DNA of 64,000 nucleotides from Longimicrobiales bacterium (GCA_041690395.1 JAWLHJ010000002.1:228707-292706), one strand, 5' to 3'. Positions 12,202 to 22,337 are shown, counted from the stretch's first letter. Notes: generated by a model from the letters alone, not told the origin. Made by a program: numbers and translations.

Positions 12202-13806
12202 TCATGCCAGCGGGACGGACTGACCGGCCTGCACGAACGCGTGCTCGTAGAGGGCGAGGCTCACGAGCCCGGCGAGCGCGGCGATGGGGGCACTCACAGC
12301 GGTCACCGCCAGCGCGAGCACACCGAACGCCAGCGCCAGCCAGAAGAAGTGGCCCCACGCGCCGAAGATCATGTTGCGCGCGGCGAGCGCGGCGTGGGCC
12401 GTCGGATGGCCCATGGTCGCCTCGCCCACGACGAGGAGCAGATGCGCTCCGATGGCGCCGCGGAAGAGCCACCCGATCGCGGCTCCGGCCCCGGGCGCGG
12501 CCGCCCCGCCGACGCCGGCCGCCTCGGCCCCGACGAGCAGCACCGCCGCGCCGGCCGCGACGGCCTGCACGAGCAGGTGCGCGGGTAGAAGCGGGCTCTG
12601 CCAGAGGTCCCTGGCTCGCGCCTGGGCGAACAGGTAGGCGGTGTACAGCGCGGACATCGCCGCCAGCGGCCCGCCGATCCACCCGAGGGCGGGCGTGAGG
12701 TCGGCCCGGCCGAGCGCGGTGAGCCCCAGGTGAAGTGCCAACACGGCGCCGTACGCCGTGATGATCACACCTCCGCGCGCGAGCCAGCTCTTCCACTGTG
12801 GACGTGTCAGCACCATCCAGAAACGCTCGGGGTGCTCGAGATCCCACACGAGCAGGCCGCCTGTAGCGAGCAGCGCGAACATGGCCACCAATGGGCCGGT
12901 CCAGCCCCACAGCGTCGACGTGAACGGCAGCAGCCCGAACGCGCCGAGCAGGAGGGGTGCGAGGTACGCGCCGGCCGCGATGGACTTCGTGAAGGTGTAG
13001 GCGCTGACCCTCCAGTCCCAGGGAGCCCGGTGGATGACGTCGTAGCTGAGGAGCGCGGCGGCGGAGCTGTTGGCGCCCGACGCGTGCCCCTCGAGCCCCT
13101 TCCCGTTCCCGGGATGTCCCCCGTGCACCTGGTGGGGCTCGTTCCCCTGCTCGCTCCACATGAAGAGGCCCCCGTCCGGACGTCGGGCCGCGAGCGGGTC
13201 GAGGGTTGCCTGGTCGGCCCCCTTGTAGAAGAGCTTCGGGTGCGTCTCCTTCTCCGGCCTGCGGACGGCGACCGCGTCCCGGTGGATGATCCGGCTGACC
13301 TCGGAGAGCGGATCGTCCATGTCACCGACCAGGATCGCCTGGGTCGGGCAGACCACGGAGCACGCTGGCTCCAGCCCCACGTCGAGTCGGTGTGCGCAGA
13401 AGTTGCACTTCTCGGCCGACTTGTCCTCGGGATTGATGAAGATCGCGTCGTACGGGCAGGCCGCGATGCACGCCTTGCATCCGATGCAGATCGACTTGTC
13501 GAAGTCGACGATCCCGTCCGGTCGCTTGTGCATGGACGCGGTCGGGCAGGCGGTCACGCACGGTGCGTCCTCGCACTGGTTGCAGCGTGTGACCTGGAAC
13601 GATCGCCGCGCCTGCGGGAAGTGTCCCACGTCCACGTACTTCACGTAGGTCCGGGTGACGGACAGCGGGACCTCGTTCTCGGACTTGCACGCGGTCGTGC
13701 AGGCGTGGCAGCCGATGCACCGCGTATGGTCGATGACCTTGGCCCACCGGCCCACTCCAGCGGTCCCCGTCCCCTCGAATGTCGACTGCATGCCCGTTTG
13801 AGTCAT
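12202..13806 (-). CDS. Fused four-[4Fe-4S] subunit (NrfC/DmsB-like) and NrfD/PsrC membrane anchor
   Basis: CIGCHACTTAC, CNQCEDAPCVTACP, CIGCKACIAACPY, KCNFC...PACSVVCP, then NrfD motif DLEHPERF...SWLARG and about 8 TM helices. Confidence 0.92.
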   Translation of the reverse strand: MTQTGMQSTFEGTGTAGVGRWAKVIDHTRCIGCHACTTACKSENEVPLSVTRTYVKYVDVGHFPQARRSFQVTRCNQCEDAPCVTACPTASMHKRPDGIVDFDKSICIGCKACIAACPYDAIFINPEDKSAEKCNFCAHRLDVGLEPACSVVCPTQAILVGDMDDPLSEVSRIIHRDAVAVRRPEKETHPKLFYKGADQATLDPLAARRPDGGLFMWSEQGNEPHQVHGGHPGNGKGLEGHASGANSSAAALLSYDVIHRAPWDWRVSAYTFTKSIAAGAYLAPLLLGAFGLLPFTSTLWGWTGPLVAMFALLATGGLLVWDLEHPERFWMVLTRPQWKSWLARGGVIITAYGAVLALHLGLTALGRADLTPALGWIGGPLAAMSALYTAYLFAQARARDLWQSPLLPAHLLVQAVAAGAAVLLVGAEAAGVGGAAAPGAGAAIGWLFRGAIGAHLLLVVGEATMGHPTAHAALAARNMIFGAWGHFFWLALAFGVLALAVTAVSAPIAALAGLVSLALYEHAFVQAGQSVPLA

Positions 13807-15098
13807 TCCGGCGCCACCACGTCGCGGAGACCGTCGAACACCCACTCCGGGAGCGCCGCAGCCTCCACGGGTCCGGCTCCCCTAGCCGACAGCGCGTCGA
13901 GCACCCGGTCGAGCGCGGCTTCGAGCAGGGCCTGGGTCTCGGGGTCCGACCCCGCCGCCTGGAGGATCGGATCGACCGAAACCCTGGTGCCGACGGCCGG
14001 CTCGTACGTGATCCTGTCCTCCCGCTCGACCAGGAAGTCGTGCAGGCCGGTCGCGGCCAACGCCAGCTCCTCGACGCGCGCGTAGTGCCCCGTCCGGTCG
14101 GCGCTTTCCCGCTCGAAGCGGGACATGGCCGATGCCAACCGGAGCGTGCGGTTCGCCCCGGTCACGCGAGCGTCGTCGAGTGCGCTCAGGTAGGCCGCCG
14201 AGTAGAGCTCGGCCTCCCGCGCGCGCACCTCACGTATGCGGACCAGGTACGCGGTCCAGATCTCCCCGATACGCGGGTACTCGGAGGCGTTGGCGAGGTA
14301 TTGTCCGCCTAGCCACTCGGACGGAATCGAGGGGAGGGACACGATCCGGCCGCGTACGGCGCCGAGGAAGCGGGCGTCGGCCCGAGCGGCCAGGGCCTCC
14401 TCGGTATCCGGAAGGACCGGACTCGCGATCGTAGTGCCTTCCTCGGCGGCGCCCCCCGAGCCCATCGCGAGCGCGACGAGATCCGGCCCCAGGAGCACCC
14501 CGATCCCGACCACGGCGAGCGCCAGCATCCAACCCAGAAAGGCACCGGACACCGAGCGGCGCGTTCCGGCGTCCCGAACCCGACGACTGCGCCGTGGAGG
14601 CTTCTTCCGCGCAGGTGGCCCACGCTCGGGCGCCGGCGCCGCAGCGGCGGCGGTCTCGTCGGTGTGGTCGGCGTCGGACGGGAACGAGGGCGGCTCCGGC
14701 GGCCGGCGCTCGATGTCCTTGAGCAGGCCCGACCCACTCTCGTCGGACTGGAGTCCCCGGAGATCCTGCTTCCGCTCGAACTCGGCGGCGCGCTCGGCCT
14801 CCATCTCCCGCACGAACCTCGCCGAGGCCTCCTCCGGGCTCTGCTCCGGAGCGAGCTGGAAGCCGATGTCCCCGGCGCCGGTCCCTCCCGAAGGCGAGGT
14901 GGAGTCCTCGTCCTGCCCGGACTGGAGATCGAGCACCAGGGAATGCGTGAGCGCAGGCGACCATTCACCGGTCGAGGCGTCGTAGACCAGATCGCCTTCG
15001 GAGAGATCCCCCGACCGGACGAAGTCGGCGAACATCTCTTCCGAGGCGAACGACAGCTCCTGGCCCTGTGGGGTCCGAATCCGGAACCGTGCGCTCAT
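13803..15098 (-). CDS. Bitopic membrane protein with a GYF_2-like N-terminal domain, hypothetical
   Basis: N-terminal GDLSEGDLVYDASTGEWSPA resembles GYF_2/DUF4339; low-complexity linker, one TM helix, helical C-domain; ATGA overlap with the next gene. Confidence 0.65.
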   Translation of the reverse strand: MSARFRIRTPQGQELSFASEEMFADFVRSGDLSEGDLVYDASTGEWSPALTHSLVLDLQSGQDEDSTSPSGGTGAGDIGFQLAPEQSPEEASARFVREMEAERAAEFERKQDLRGLQSDESGSGLLKDIERRPPEPPSFPSDADHTDETAAAAAPAPERGPPARKKPPRRSRRVRDAGTRRSVSGAFLGWMLALAVVGIGVLLGPDLVALAMGSGGAAEEGTTIASPVLPDTEEALAARADARFLGAVRGRIVSLPSIPSEWLGGQYLANASEYPRIGEIWTAYLVRIREVRAREAELYSAAYLSALDDARVTGANRTLRLASAMSRFERESADRTGHYARVEELALAATGLHDFLVEREDRITYEPAVGTRVSVDPILQAAGSDPETQALLEAALDRVLDALSARGAGPVEAAALPEWVFDGLRDVVAPE

Positions 15099-15137
15099 CG
15101 CTCGACAGCCCGTGGCAGAAGTGGGGTGCTCATCTCC

Positions 15138-15650
15138 CTAATGTGGGGAAGTCGTCTGGCTTTCGCGATGGGGTTCCTTCTCCGTCTCGATCTCCCGCAG
15201 GACTTTCTCCACGTGCTCGGTCAGCGAGCGGCTGAAGACCTCTCGATGCTCGGTGTACCAGCGAGACCACGATTCGGCGCGCAGGTGCCGTTTGAGGTCC
15301 TGTTGGTAGGCCTGCCACATCTGCTCGTCCAAAGCGCCGACCCGCGACTGGTACACGAGGTTGCCGAAATGCCGGTAGACGGCCGTCATGTACGAGTCCC
15401 AACGCAGGCGCTCGTGGGGTGTCAGCTTCTCCGGATCGGCCTCGGCCCGGGCCAGGAAGGCGGCGAACTCCGAGTCGCGAAAGGAGTGCTCCAGGAGCCG
15501 GATGCTGTTCTGGATCATGGAGTTGAACGACGCCGCCCTCACCGAGAGCGTGTTCTGGTGCATCTGCCGGGCGAGGTAGACGAGCGAGATGACGACGCCG
15601 ATGGCGCCGACGAACTCACCTAGATTCCCGAGGGACTCGAGCGTAAACAT
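15138..15650 (-). CDS. Hypothetical protein with an N-terminal TM helix (DUF6082-like)
   Basis: LGNLGEFVGAIGVVISLVYLARQ N-terminus followed by a helical domain; GAGG RBS upstream. Confidence 0.7.
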   Translation of the reverse strand: MFTLESLGNLGEFVGAIGVVISLVYLARQMHQNTLSVRAASFNSMIQNSIRLLEHSFRDSEFAAFLARAEADPEKLTPHERLRWDSYMTAVYRHFGNLVYQSRVGALDEQMWQAYQQDLKRHLRAESWSRWYTEHREVFSRSLTEHVEKVLREIETEKEPHRESQTTSPH

Positions 15651-15761
15651 GGGATAGCGTGGTCCTCGTGATGCGGACACGGGTTCGGCCGCAGCGTACC
15701 CGTACGTGGTGGTGATGATCCTGGGTGCATGGCGAGGCCCGTCGTCCTTCGGCCGCGCCGC

Positions 15762-16094
15762 TCACCCCTCGTCCGGCTCCCGGGCGCGAGCCACCCTGAG
15801 GTAGGTCTCGAGCCGGCGAGCTTCGGTGGCCTCCCGGTGCCGGCGGCGGTCCCGTACGGCAAGCGCGTGGCGCACGGACGACCCGAGCACGAGCGCGATG
15901 CCGGCCATGGCCAACCATGGGCCGAGGATGCCACCCAGCGCGCCGGAGACCGCCACCGCCGCGAGCACCACCGCCACGAACAGCTCCGTGAGCGCCAGAA
16001 CCGGGGGACCGAGGCCGAGGCGCGAAGCCGACCGTGCCTTGACCGCTCCCGACACGACGAGGAGCACGGCGACCGAGAACAGTAGGGGATCCAT
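15762..16094 (-). CDS. Small three-TM membrane protein, hypothetical
   Basis: Three hydrophobic segments and a charged tail; co-oriented with neighbours. Confidence 0.65.
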   Translation of the reverse strand: MDPLLFSVAVLLVVSGAVKARSASRLGLGPPVLALTELFVAVVLAAVAVSGALGGILGPWLAMAGIALVLGSSVRHALAVRDRRRHREATEARRLETYLRVARAREPDEG

Positions 16095-16235
16095 GACCTG
16101 CTAGCCTTGATCGGGCGGGCACGAAGCTGCTTCTTCCAACCAGTCGTCCGTCCGCGGGGACCGGGGTCGTCGCGCGACAAGATAGGGCCACGAGGCCCCG
16201 GGCGCTCGCCCCTCGTCCACGCCATGCGAAGTTCC

Positions 16236-17264
16236 ATGTCTCGACGCGACACGTTCCCGCTTCTCCGGACCAGGTCGCTCCAGCTTCTCGGCCTGCTCGC
16301 CGCCGCGACCTCGGCAGCGGTCCCGATCTCGGCCCAGAGCCGGGCCCTCGGGCCGTTGACGTCGGAAGACGGCGCTCCGCTCCACCGTGTGTCGATGAAC
16401 GCGACGACCGCGCCCGCCGATCCGATCGAGAGGGGCGACGTGCTCTGGAGCGTATGGCTGGCCTACTCGAACATCTTCGAGCAGGACTCCACCCGCAGCC
16501 ACGTCCTCCTGGTCGACATGGAACGGTTGATCAGCGCGACCCAGGTGACGGTGGGGGTGCACGACCGTGTCGAAGTCGGCGGACGCGTGACCTTCGAGAC
16601 CACCGGCCCCGGTGTGCTGGACGGGGCCGTGAGCTGGTGGCATCAGCGGCTGGGCGTCGGAAACGCGAACCGGGAACGCTTTCCCGAGGGCGAATACGAT
16701 CAGCGGCTACAGAACCGGGATGGATCGGTGCTCCTCGACGTACCGAGGAGGACCCTGGCTCTCGACGACTTGCGGCTGTTCGGCAAGATGCGTCTCGTCG
16801 GCTCCAGCGACGGCCCCGGGCTCCTGAGCGCTCGGGTCACGACACGGCTCCCGGTGGCCAACGACCCCCGCGTCCGCGAACGGCCCGAGGCCGGGATCTC
16901 CCTCCTCGGACGCCTGTCGGGAGATCATTGGCACGCACACGCGATGGTGGGAGGCAACGCGATCCGAGCCCAATCGAGGGTCGAGGACGAGGTGTTCCGC
17001 CGGGGTGCCTACCACTGGATGCTCGGGGTGGAGCGGAGCTTGGGTCCGGAGTTGGCCGGGGTGCTCCAGTATCACGTGAGCTCGCCCGTCCTGAAGAGCT
17101 TCGAGCACCGCGAGGTGGACGGGAGCTCCTACAACCTGACCGTCGGACTCCTCGGCCGGATCGGCAACACGTGGCGCTGGGACCTGTCATTCCAGGAGGA
17201 CCTGCCCCCCGATACCCCCGCGGCGGACTTCACGCTCGGCTTCAGGTTGTCGCGGATGTGGTGA
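16236..17264 (+). CDS. Putative outer-membrane beta-barrel protein (DUF3187-like)
   Basis: Signal peptide; YSNIFEQ, GVLDGAVSWWHQRLG, FQEDL...ADFTLG; alternating C-terminal strand ending in W; start uncertain (16224 or 16236). Confidence 0.7.
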   Translation: MSRRDTFPLLRTRSLQLLGLLAAATSAAVPISAQSRALGPLTSEDGAPLHRVSMNATTAPADPIERGDVLWSVWLAYSNIFEQDSTRSHVLLVDMERLISATQVTVGVHDRVEVGGRVTFETTGPGVLDGAVSWWHQRLGVGNANRERFPEGEYDQRLQNRDGSVLLDVPRRTLALDDLRLFGKMRLVGSSDGPGLLSARVTTRLPVANDPRVRERPEAGISLLGRLSGDHWHAHAMVGGNAIRAQSRVEDEVFRRGAYHWMLGVERSLGPELAGVLQYHVSSPVLKSFEHREVDGSSYNLTVGLLGRIGNTWRWDLSFQEDLPPDTPAADFTLGFRLSRMW

Positions 17265-18810
17265 ACAGCCCGGGCTGCCCGCCCCACCGTTCGAGATAGC
17301 GCTCCACCGAGACCTTCCGCCGCGTGGCGTCCGAGCTCATCGAGCGGACCTTCCCGAACACCGGCCGCTCCGGCCACCCTCGATCGAAACGACCGAGGAT
17401 CCACATGATCCCCGTGTAGGAGTTCGGATCGCGACCGTCGATCGCGTACCGGTTGTTGAGCTCGACCATGATGTCGAGCGCCTCACGCGGAGACGTGCTC
17501 CACTCCAGGATCTTCTTCCCCCAGAGCATCCGCAGGTAGTTGTGGATGACGCCCTCCGCGCGAAGCTGGCGCTGGGCCGCGTTCCATAGCTCGTCGTGGG
17601 TCGCCGCGGCGTCGAAGTCCGCCAACGTGTAGAGCCAGGGACGCTCGTCGTCCGCGTGTTCAGCCAGCGTCTCCAACGCCCAGTCCGGGAGGGACTCGTA
17701 CCGATCGTAGGTCGGGACCACCCGGCAGAACCCGAACCCCAACTCCCGCCACGTCACGAGCTCGTCCAGGAAGGCCTCCGCCGAAGGGCTCATGCCCCAC
17801 CATCCGCTCCGCTTCCCGCTCGCGTCTGCACTCAGACGGGCCGGACTCCACCCCTCGGCCCCGGCCACGCGGTGGAAGACCTCGTGCACGGACACGTGGC
17901 CGAAGTGGAGCCAGGGCGACAGCCCGCTGGCGGCGTCGGCGTCCGGCTGGTTCCTCTCCTCCCCGTACCTCGCCAACCCGTCCGCGAGGAAGGCGTCGAG
18001 GCGGGCGCGGCCCTCGGTGGCGCCCCCCTTCAGAGGCGAAGGAGCGACCTCGTGGTCGATGGGCAGTGCGGCCAGCGCCGACCGTTCCCCGGAGAGCAAC
18101 GCCGCGTCGGCGACCGGCCACCGCGACAGGATCGCCTCCGGAACGGCGGCGTGCGGCAACGGCGGACGGGCGCGCTCGGCATCGGCACTTTCAGCCGCCG
18201 CGGAGTCCCGCGCGCCGCCCAGCCCGAGCGGGTCCGGATCCGGGAGCCGTGTGAGGTGCTCCCAGAGCCTCTTCTGCAGGAACCGTCGGAAATGGTAGGC
18301 CGACACGTAGGGCCGCACGACCTCGGCGAGCGGAAGGAGGCCGCACGAGTCGACCGCCTCCAGCCGACAGTCGATCCGTTCCGCGGCGGCCTCCAGCATC
18401 CGCGGGAGGAAGAAGACGGGCGCGTCGTCCGTGACGACCAGGCACGCCTGTTCCGCCAGGGCGCCGAGCAGCCCACGGCCAGCCCCCGGCTCCGGCTCGA
18501 CGTACGGCAGATAGGCCACGGGGCTCGCCTCGAGCCGGCGAGCGTGCTCCTCCATGCCGGCGAGCACGAATGCATGGTGACGGTCCGACGCCCACCGATA
18601 CCCCGCGCGCAGTCCCTCGAGGATAACGAGCGGGCGTTCCAGGGTCCGGGCCCGGGCCACCGCTCGGTCGAGCGCGAAGTTCCACTCCAGGCGTCGGCTC
18701 GCGGTCATCCAGTAGAGGACGTAGTCGCCACCTCGACGCTCCGGCTCGTCGCGCAGGACGCGGAGACGGAGGTCGCGATTGGCGTCCCGAGGCGTTCGTG
18801 GGTCGGTCAT
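17242..18810 (-). CDS. phr: Deoxyribodipyrimidine photolyase (class II-like)
   Basis: YVLYWM...NFALD, SGLSPWLHFGHVS, FLDELVTWREL, THDELWNAAQ, HNYLRMLWGKKILEW, DGRDPNSY. Confidence 0.9.
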   Translation of the reverse strand: MTDPRTPRDANRDLRLRVLRDEPERRGGDYVLYWMTASRRLEWNFALDRAVARARTLERPLVILEGLRAGYRWASDRHHAFVLAGMEEHARRLEASPVAYLPYVEPEPGAGRGLLGALAEQACLVVTDDAPVFFLPRMLEAAAERIDCRLEAVDSCGLLPLAEVVRPYVSAYHFRRFLQKRLWEHLTRLPDPDPLGLGGARDSAAAESADAERARPPLPHAAVPEAILSRWPVADAALLSGERSALAALPIDHEVAPSPLKGGATEGRARLDAFLADGLARYGEERNQPDADAASGLSPWLHFGHVSVHEVFHRVAGAEGWSPARLSADASGKRSGWWGMSPSAEAFLDELVTWRELGFGFCRVVPTYDRYESLPDWALETLAEHADDERPWLYTLADFDAAATHDELWNAAQRQLRAEGVIHNYLRMLWGKKILEWSTSPREALDIMVELNNRYAIDGRDPNSYTGIMWILGRFDRGWPERPVFGKVRSMSSDATRRKVSVERYLERWGGQPGLFTTSATT

Positions 18811-18970
18811 GAGGTTCCCGCGGTTCCCGTTCTCTGGTTCAGGGTCGCCCCGTTCTACACGGAGGACTGCCTCGGTAGCCATAGGCACCCGCGACCCTCC
18901 CACGGGTAACCTCCGCGACCGTCCCGGCGTCCCGCGCGCCGGGATGCCGGGCGCCCTCCGAGGAGTCGCA

Positions 18971-19381
18971 TTGACCTGGATCAAGCTGTTCGGCCTCACG
19001 GCCGCCGTCTTCTTCGCGATCGACCTGGTCTGGCTGGGCGTCGTCGCGTCGGGGTTCTACCAGAAGCATCTGGGCCATCTGCTCCGCCCCGACGTACTGT
19101 GGGCACCGGCGCTGGCATTCTATACGGTCTACATCGCCGGCATCCTGGTGTTCGCCGTACTACCCGGGCTCGAAGCGGGATCACTGGGTCGCACGGTGGC
19201 CCTGGGTGCGTTCCTCGGCCTCTTCGCTTACGCGACCTTCGATCTGACCAGCATGGCGCTCTTCCGCGACTTCCCCGGGATCGTGGTGGTGGTCGACCTC
19301 GCCTGGGGCACGGTGCTCACCGCCACGGTGGCCGCCGCCGGGTTCGGCTTCGGGCGCTGGTTGGGACTGGGTATCGGCTGA
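18971..19381 (+). CDS. DUF2177-family membrane protein
   Basis: IDLVWLG...FY, GLFAYATFDLT, VDLAWG; AGGAG RBS before the TTG start. Confidence 0.85.
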   Translation: MTWIKLFGLTAAVFFAIDLVWLGVVASGFYQKHLGHLLRPDVLWAPALAFYTVYIAGILVFAVLPGLEAGSLGRTVALGAFLGLFAYATFDLTSMALFRDFPGIVVVVDLAWGTVLTATVAAAGFGFGRWLGLGIG

Positions 19382-19391
19382 TCGCCGCCCG

Positions 19392-19874
19392 TCAGCTCCG
19401 GAACGCGCGCGGGGCTCGGAGGGCGATGCTGATCAACCCCCATCCGAGGGCCGCGGCCACGGAGAAGTCGACGATCCCGCGCCACGGATCGGGGAGCGAC
19501 CGGACGATGAGAATCGCCGTCACGATCGCGGCCGTGCCGAGCCAGGCCCGGGCGAGCCGGGGCAGCGGTGCCCCGACGAGCGACAGCCCGTAGAGCGGCG
19601 CCAGGAGCTGCAGGCCGAAACGCTCCCCTCTAAGGGCACGAGCACGCTCGATGAGCCGCGGCACCCAGCGTCGCTGCAGCGCGACCACACCCTCGCCGTA
19701 CACCATGACCAAGGTGAGCACCGCGAGGGCCACCCACTGGACCGGCGCGAGCCCCCCCACGATGGTCTCGATGCCTCGCCCTCCCAGACGAATGACGGCC
19801 GAAGCGAAGAGCCCCGCCACGCCGGCGAGTGCCCACAAGACCGCCATGTTCCCGAGCGGGGTGCGCGGAATCAC
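19392..19874 (-). CDS. Four-TM membrane protein, last gene of the hem operon, hypothetical
   Basis: GTGA overlap with the hemG/Y stop; MVYGEG, LLAPLYGLSL, LPDPWRGIVD segments. Confidence 0.7.
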   Translation of the reverse strand: MIPRTPLGNMAVLWALAGVAGLFASAVIRLGGRGIETIVGGLAPVQWVALAVLTLVMVYGEGVVALQRRWVPRLIERARALRGERFGLQLLAPLYGLSLVGAPLPRLARAWLGTAAIVTAILIVRSLPDPWRGIVDFSVAAALGWGLISIALRAPRAFRS

Positions 19875-21253
19875 CCTTCCTCCGTCGCCGACGCGGCTTC
19901 TTCCGTGCGCGAGCGCGGCGCGTTGGGATGGCCCCCCGGCCCCTTCATGCCGCCCCGGTCCGGCGCCATCGCCCCGCCCCTCGCCGTCGCTCCCGTGAGC
20001 TGGGTGGCCACGCGGGCCGCCTCGCCGAGCCGTCCCGGGAGGCCCGGCCGCGACCACCAGCTCCCGGCTACCGTGACTCCGTCGGGCAGCGTGATCCCGG
20101 ACAGTCCGCGCCAGCTCAGGTCCCAGGCCGGAACCCATTCGTGCTCCGCGGCGAGCGGCTCGGCACGATATCCGGTCGTGTCCCGGAACTCACGCACGGC
20201 CACCTCCGCCAGCGCACTCGTGGAGAGCCTCTCCACGTCGGGGCGGAGGGCTCCGCCGAGGTAGGCGGTGTAGACGTTCTCTCGCGCGAACAGGCTGTCG
20301 TTGAAGGTGACGCCCCTGAGCGCCCGGTCTCGCTCCGCGAACGAGACCTGGAAGCCGAGCCCTCGCAGGTCGGTCTCGGCGTCGAGGTGGACCACGCCGA
20401 GCGGGTTGTAGCGGAGCCCGCCGATCACCTCGGCCGCCCCCGCCGCGACCGGGCGGAGCAGCCCTGCCGCCTCCGAGGCCGACGTCGCGAGCACGACCTG
20501 CCGCGCGTCCAGGGTCTCCGTCCCCGTCTCTCCCTCCGTACGGACGCGCCATCCGGTGCCATGGCGCTCGAGCGCGGTGACGCGTGTCGACAGGTGGACC
20601 CGGTCGCCGAGCGCGCCCGCGAGCGCGCGCGGCAGCGTCTCCATGCCGTCCCGGAAGGAGCAGGCGGGCGGCGGAGCCACGCGTCCACCGCGCCGGAGCA
20701 ACGGCAGCAGAAGGCTTCGACCGATGCCGAGCTCCCGGAGCACGTGCGCGAGCGAGAGCCCGACTTCCATGTCGTCCGGGTCGGAGGCGTAGAGCCCGCC
20801 GTAGAGCGGGGCCACGATGTTCTCGTAGATCTCGTCCCCGAGCTTGCGCCGGAAGAACGTGGAGACCCGCTCCCGCGGGTCGGGTCCGGCCCCGAGCGGC
20901 TCGGCGAGCATCCGCAGCTTGGCCCCCGCACTCACGATATCGGACCTCAGGAACGCGCCGACGTCGAAGGGCACGACGCGCAGCTTTCCCGCCCGGTACA
21001 CGAAGAGGTCCAGCCCCTTCGGCGCGGTGAGGACCTGATCTCCGAGATCCAGCTCCTCGATCAGCGCGGCCATCGGCGGCACGAGGCGTGTCCGCTGTGG
21101 CCCCCAATCGAGCACTCGCCCCGACACCTCGGCGCTACGGATCACGCCTCCCACCCGGGGCGCCCCTTCGAGAATCACGAAGTCCTCGCCCGCCTTTTCG
21201 AGCCGGTGGCCCAGCGCCAGCCCCGTGATGCCCCCACCGACGATGACGATCAT
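19871..21253 (-). CDS. hemY: HemY-type FAD-dependent proto/coproporphyrinogen oxidase
   Basis: IVGGGITGL dinucleotide-binding motif, RVGGVIRS, DWGP, GGLYASDP, SFRDGMETLP; in hem operon. Confidence 0.88.
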   Translation of the reverse strand: MIVIVGGGITGLALGHRLEKAGEDFVILEGAPRVGGVIRSAEVSGRVLDWGPQRTRLVPPMAALIEELDLGDQVLTAPKGLDLFVYRAGKLRVVPFDVGAFLRSDIVSAGAKLRMLAEPLGAGPDPRERVSTFFRRKLGDEIYENIVAPLYGGLYASDPDDMEVGLSLAHVLRELGIGRSLLLPLLRRGGRVAPPPACSFRDGMETLPRALAGALGDRVHLSTRVTALERHGTGWRVRTEGETGTETLDARQVVLATSASEAAGLLRPVAAGAAEVIGGLRYNPLGVVHLDAETDLRGLGFQVSFAERDRALRGVTFNDSLFARENVYTAYLGGALRPDVERLSTSALAEVAVREFRDTTGYRAEPLAAEHEWVPAWDLSWRGLSGITLPDGVTVAGSWWSRPGLPGRLGEAARVATQLTGATARGGAMAPDRGGMKGPGGHPNAPRSRTEEAASATEEG

Positions 21254-21254
21254 G

Positions 21255-22337
21255 CTACGCGGGCGTCGCGTACGGGCTGGGCGGGAGATCCCGCGCCCCG
21301 TTCGTGCACCACACGCCGGCTTCCGGAGCGCACCGGCACGGGGCGAGCGGAGGCGTGGCCTCGGCGGGGCCGGACACCAGCCCGTCGACGAGATTGCCGA
21401 GGAACCGCGCGAAGTCCGGTGCATCGTGCGGAACCGGCACGCGATGGAACTCCTTGCCGAGACCTTCGACGAACGCCCTCAGCTCGTGGTCGAGCTCCGC
21501 GAGCGTCTCGGACTGCTCGTGCATGAACGAGATCGGCACGATGACGAGCCGCTGCTCGGGCGCCTCACGGATCCGGTCCTCGTTGTCGGGCTGGGTCCAG
21601 GCGATGCGCCGGTTCGTGTGGTTCTGGAAGCCCACGCCGTACCGCTCGGTCCCGAGGGCCCGGGCGATGTCCCGGCACTGCTCCTCGACGTAGCGGTCGT
21701 AGCGGTTCCCCTCGTCCAGATACTTGATGGGGGTCCCGTGCACGGAGAAGTAGAGCAGCGTGTCCGGATCGGCCACATCGAGCCCCCGAGCCTCGACGAA
21801 CGAGCGGATGTTCTCGATGCGGAGCCGCACGTAATCGGGATGGTGATGCCAGCCCGACACACCGGCGAAGCGGGGGCGCCATCCCTCCTCGTCGAGCGCC
21901 GAGCGCGCCGATTCCAGCGCGGCGACCGTGGTCGACTGTCCGCAGATCGGGTAGACCGGCAAGGCGACCAGGGTCTCGATCCCGTCCGCCCGAGCGGCGC
22001 GCACCGCATCCGCGATCGTCGGGTCCGTGAACTGGTAGGCGGTATAGCTCCGTACGTCCCACCCGCGCGCGGCCAACTCCCGCTCGACGGCCTCGGCCTG
22101 TGCCTCGGCCTGACGGTTGAGGGGGGAGCCGCCGATCATCTCGTACTCCTCGATGAGTCCGGGCGCCCGGTCGGCCGCGAGCTGCTTGGCTCTCGCCCGT
22201 CCCGATTCGCTCGGCTCGAGGCCGGCGTTCTGCAGGAAGATCCGCTCGAGGAACGGCTCGACCTTCTCGAGGACCGGCTCATCCGGCTCTCCGAAGTTGA
22301 TGACGAGGACTCCGACCTTCTCCGACGGTACGCTCAT
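21255..22337 (-). CDS. hemH: Ferrochelatase
   Basis: GVLVINFGEP, IGGSPL, FSVHGTP, WTQP, SETLAELD. Confidence 0.93.
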   Translation of the reverse strand: MSVPSEKVGVLVINFGEPDEPVLEKVEPFLERIFLQNAGLEPSESGRARAKQLAADRAPGLIEEYEMIGGSPLNRQAEAQAEAVERELAARGWDVRSYTAYQFTDPTIADAVRAARADGIETLVALPVYPICGQSTTVAALESARSALDEEGWRPRFAGVSGWHHHPDYVRLRIENIRSFVEARGLDVADPDTLLYFSVHGTPIKYLDEGNRYDRYVEEQCRDIARALGTERYGVGFQNHTNRRIAWTQPDNEDRIREAPEQRLVIVPISFMHEQSETLAELDHELRAFVEGLGKEFHRVPVPHDAPDFARFLGNLVDGLVSGPAEATPPLAPCRCAPEAGVWCTNGARDLPPSPYATPA

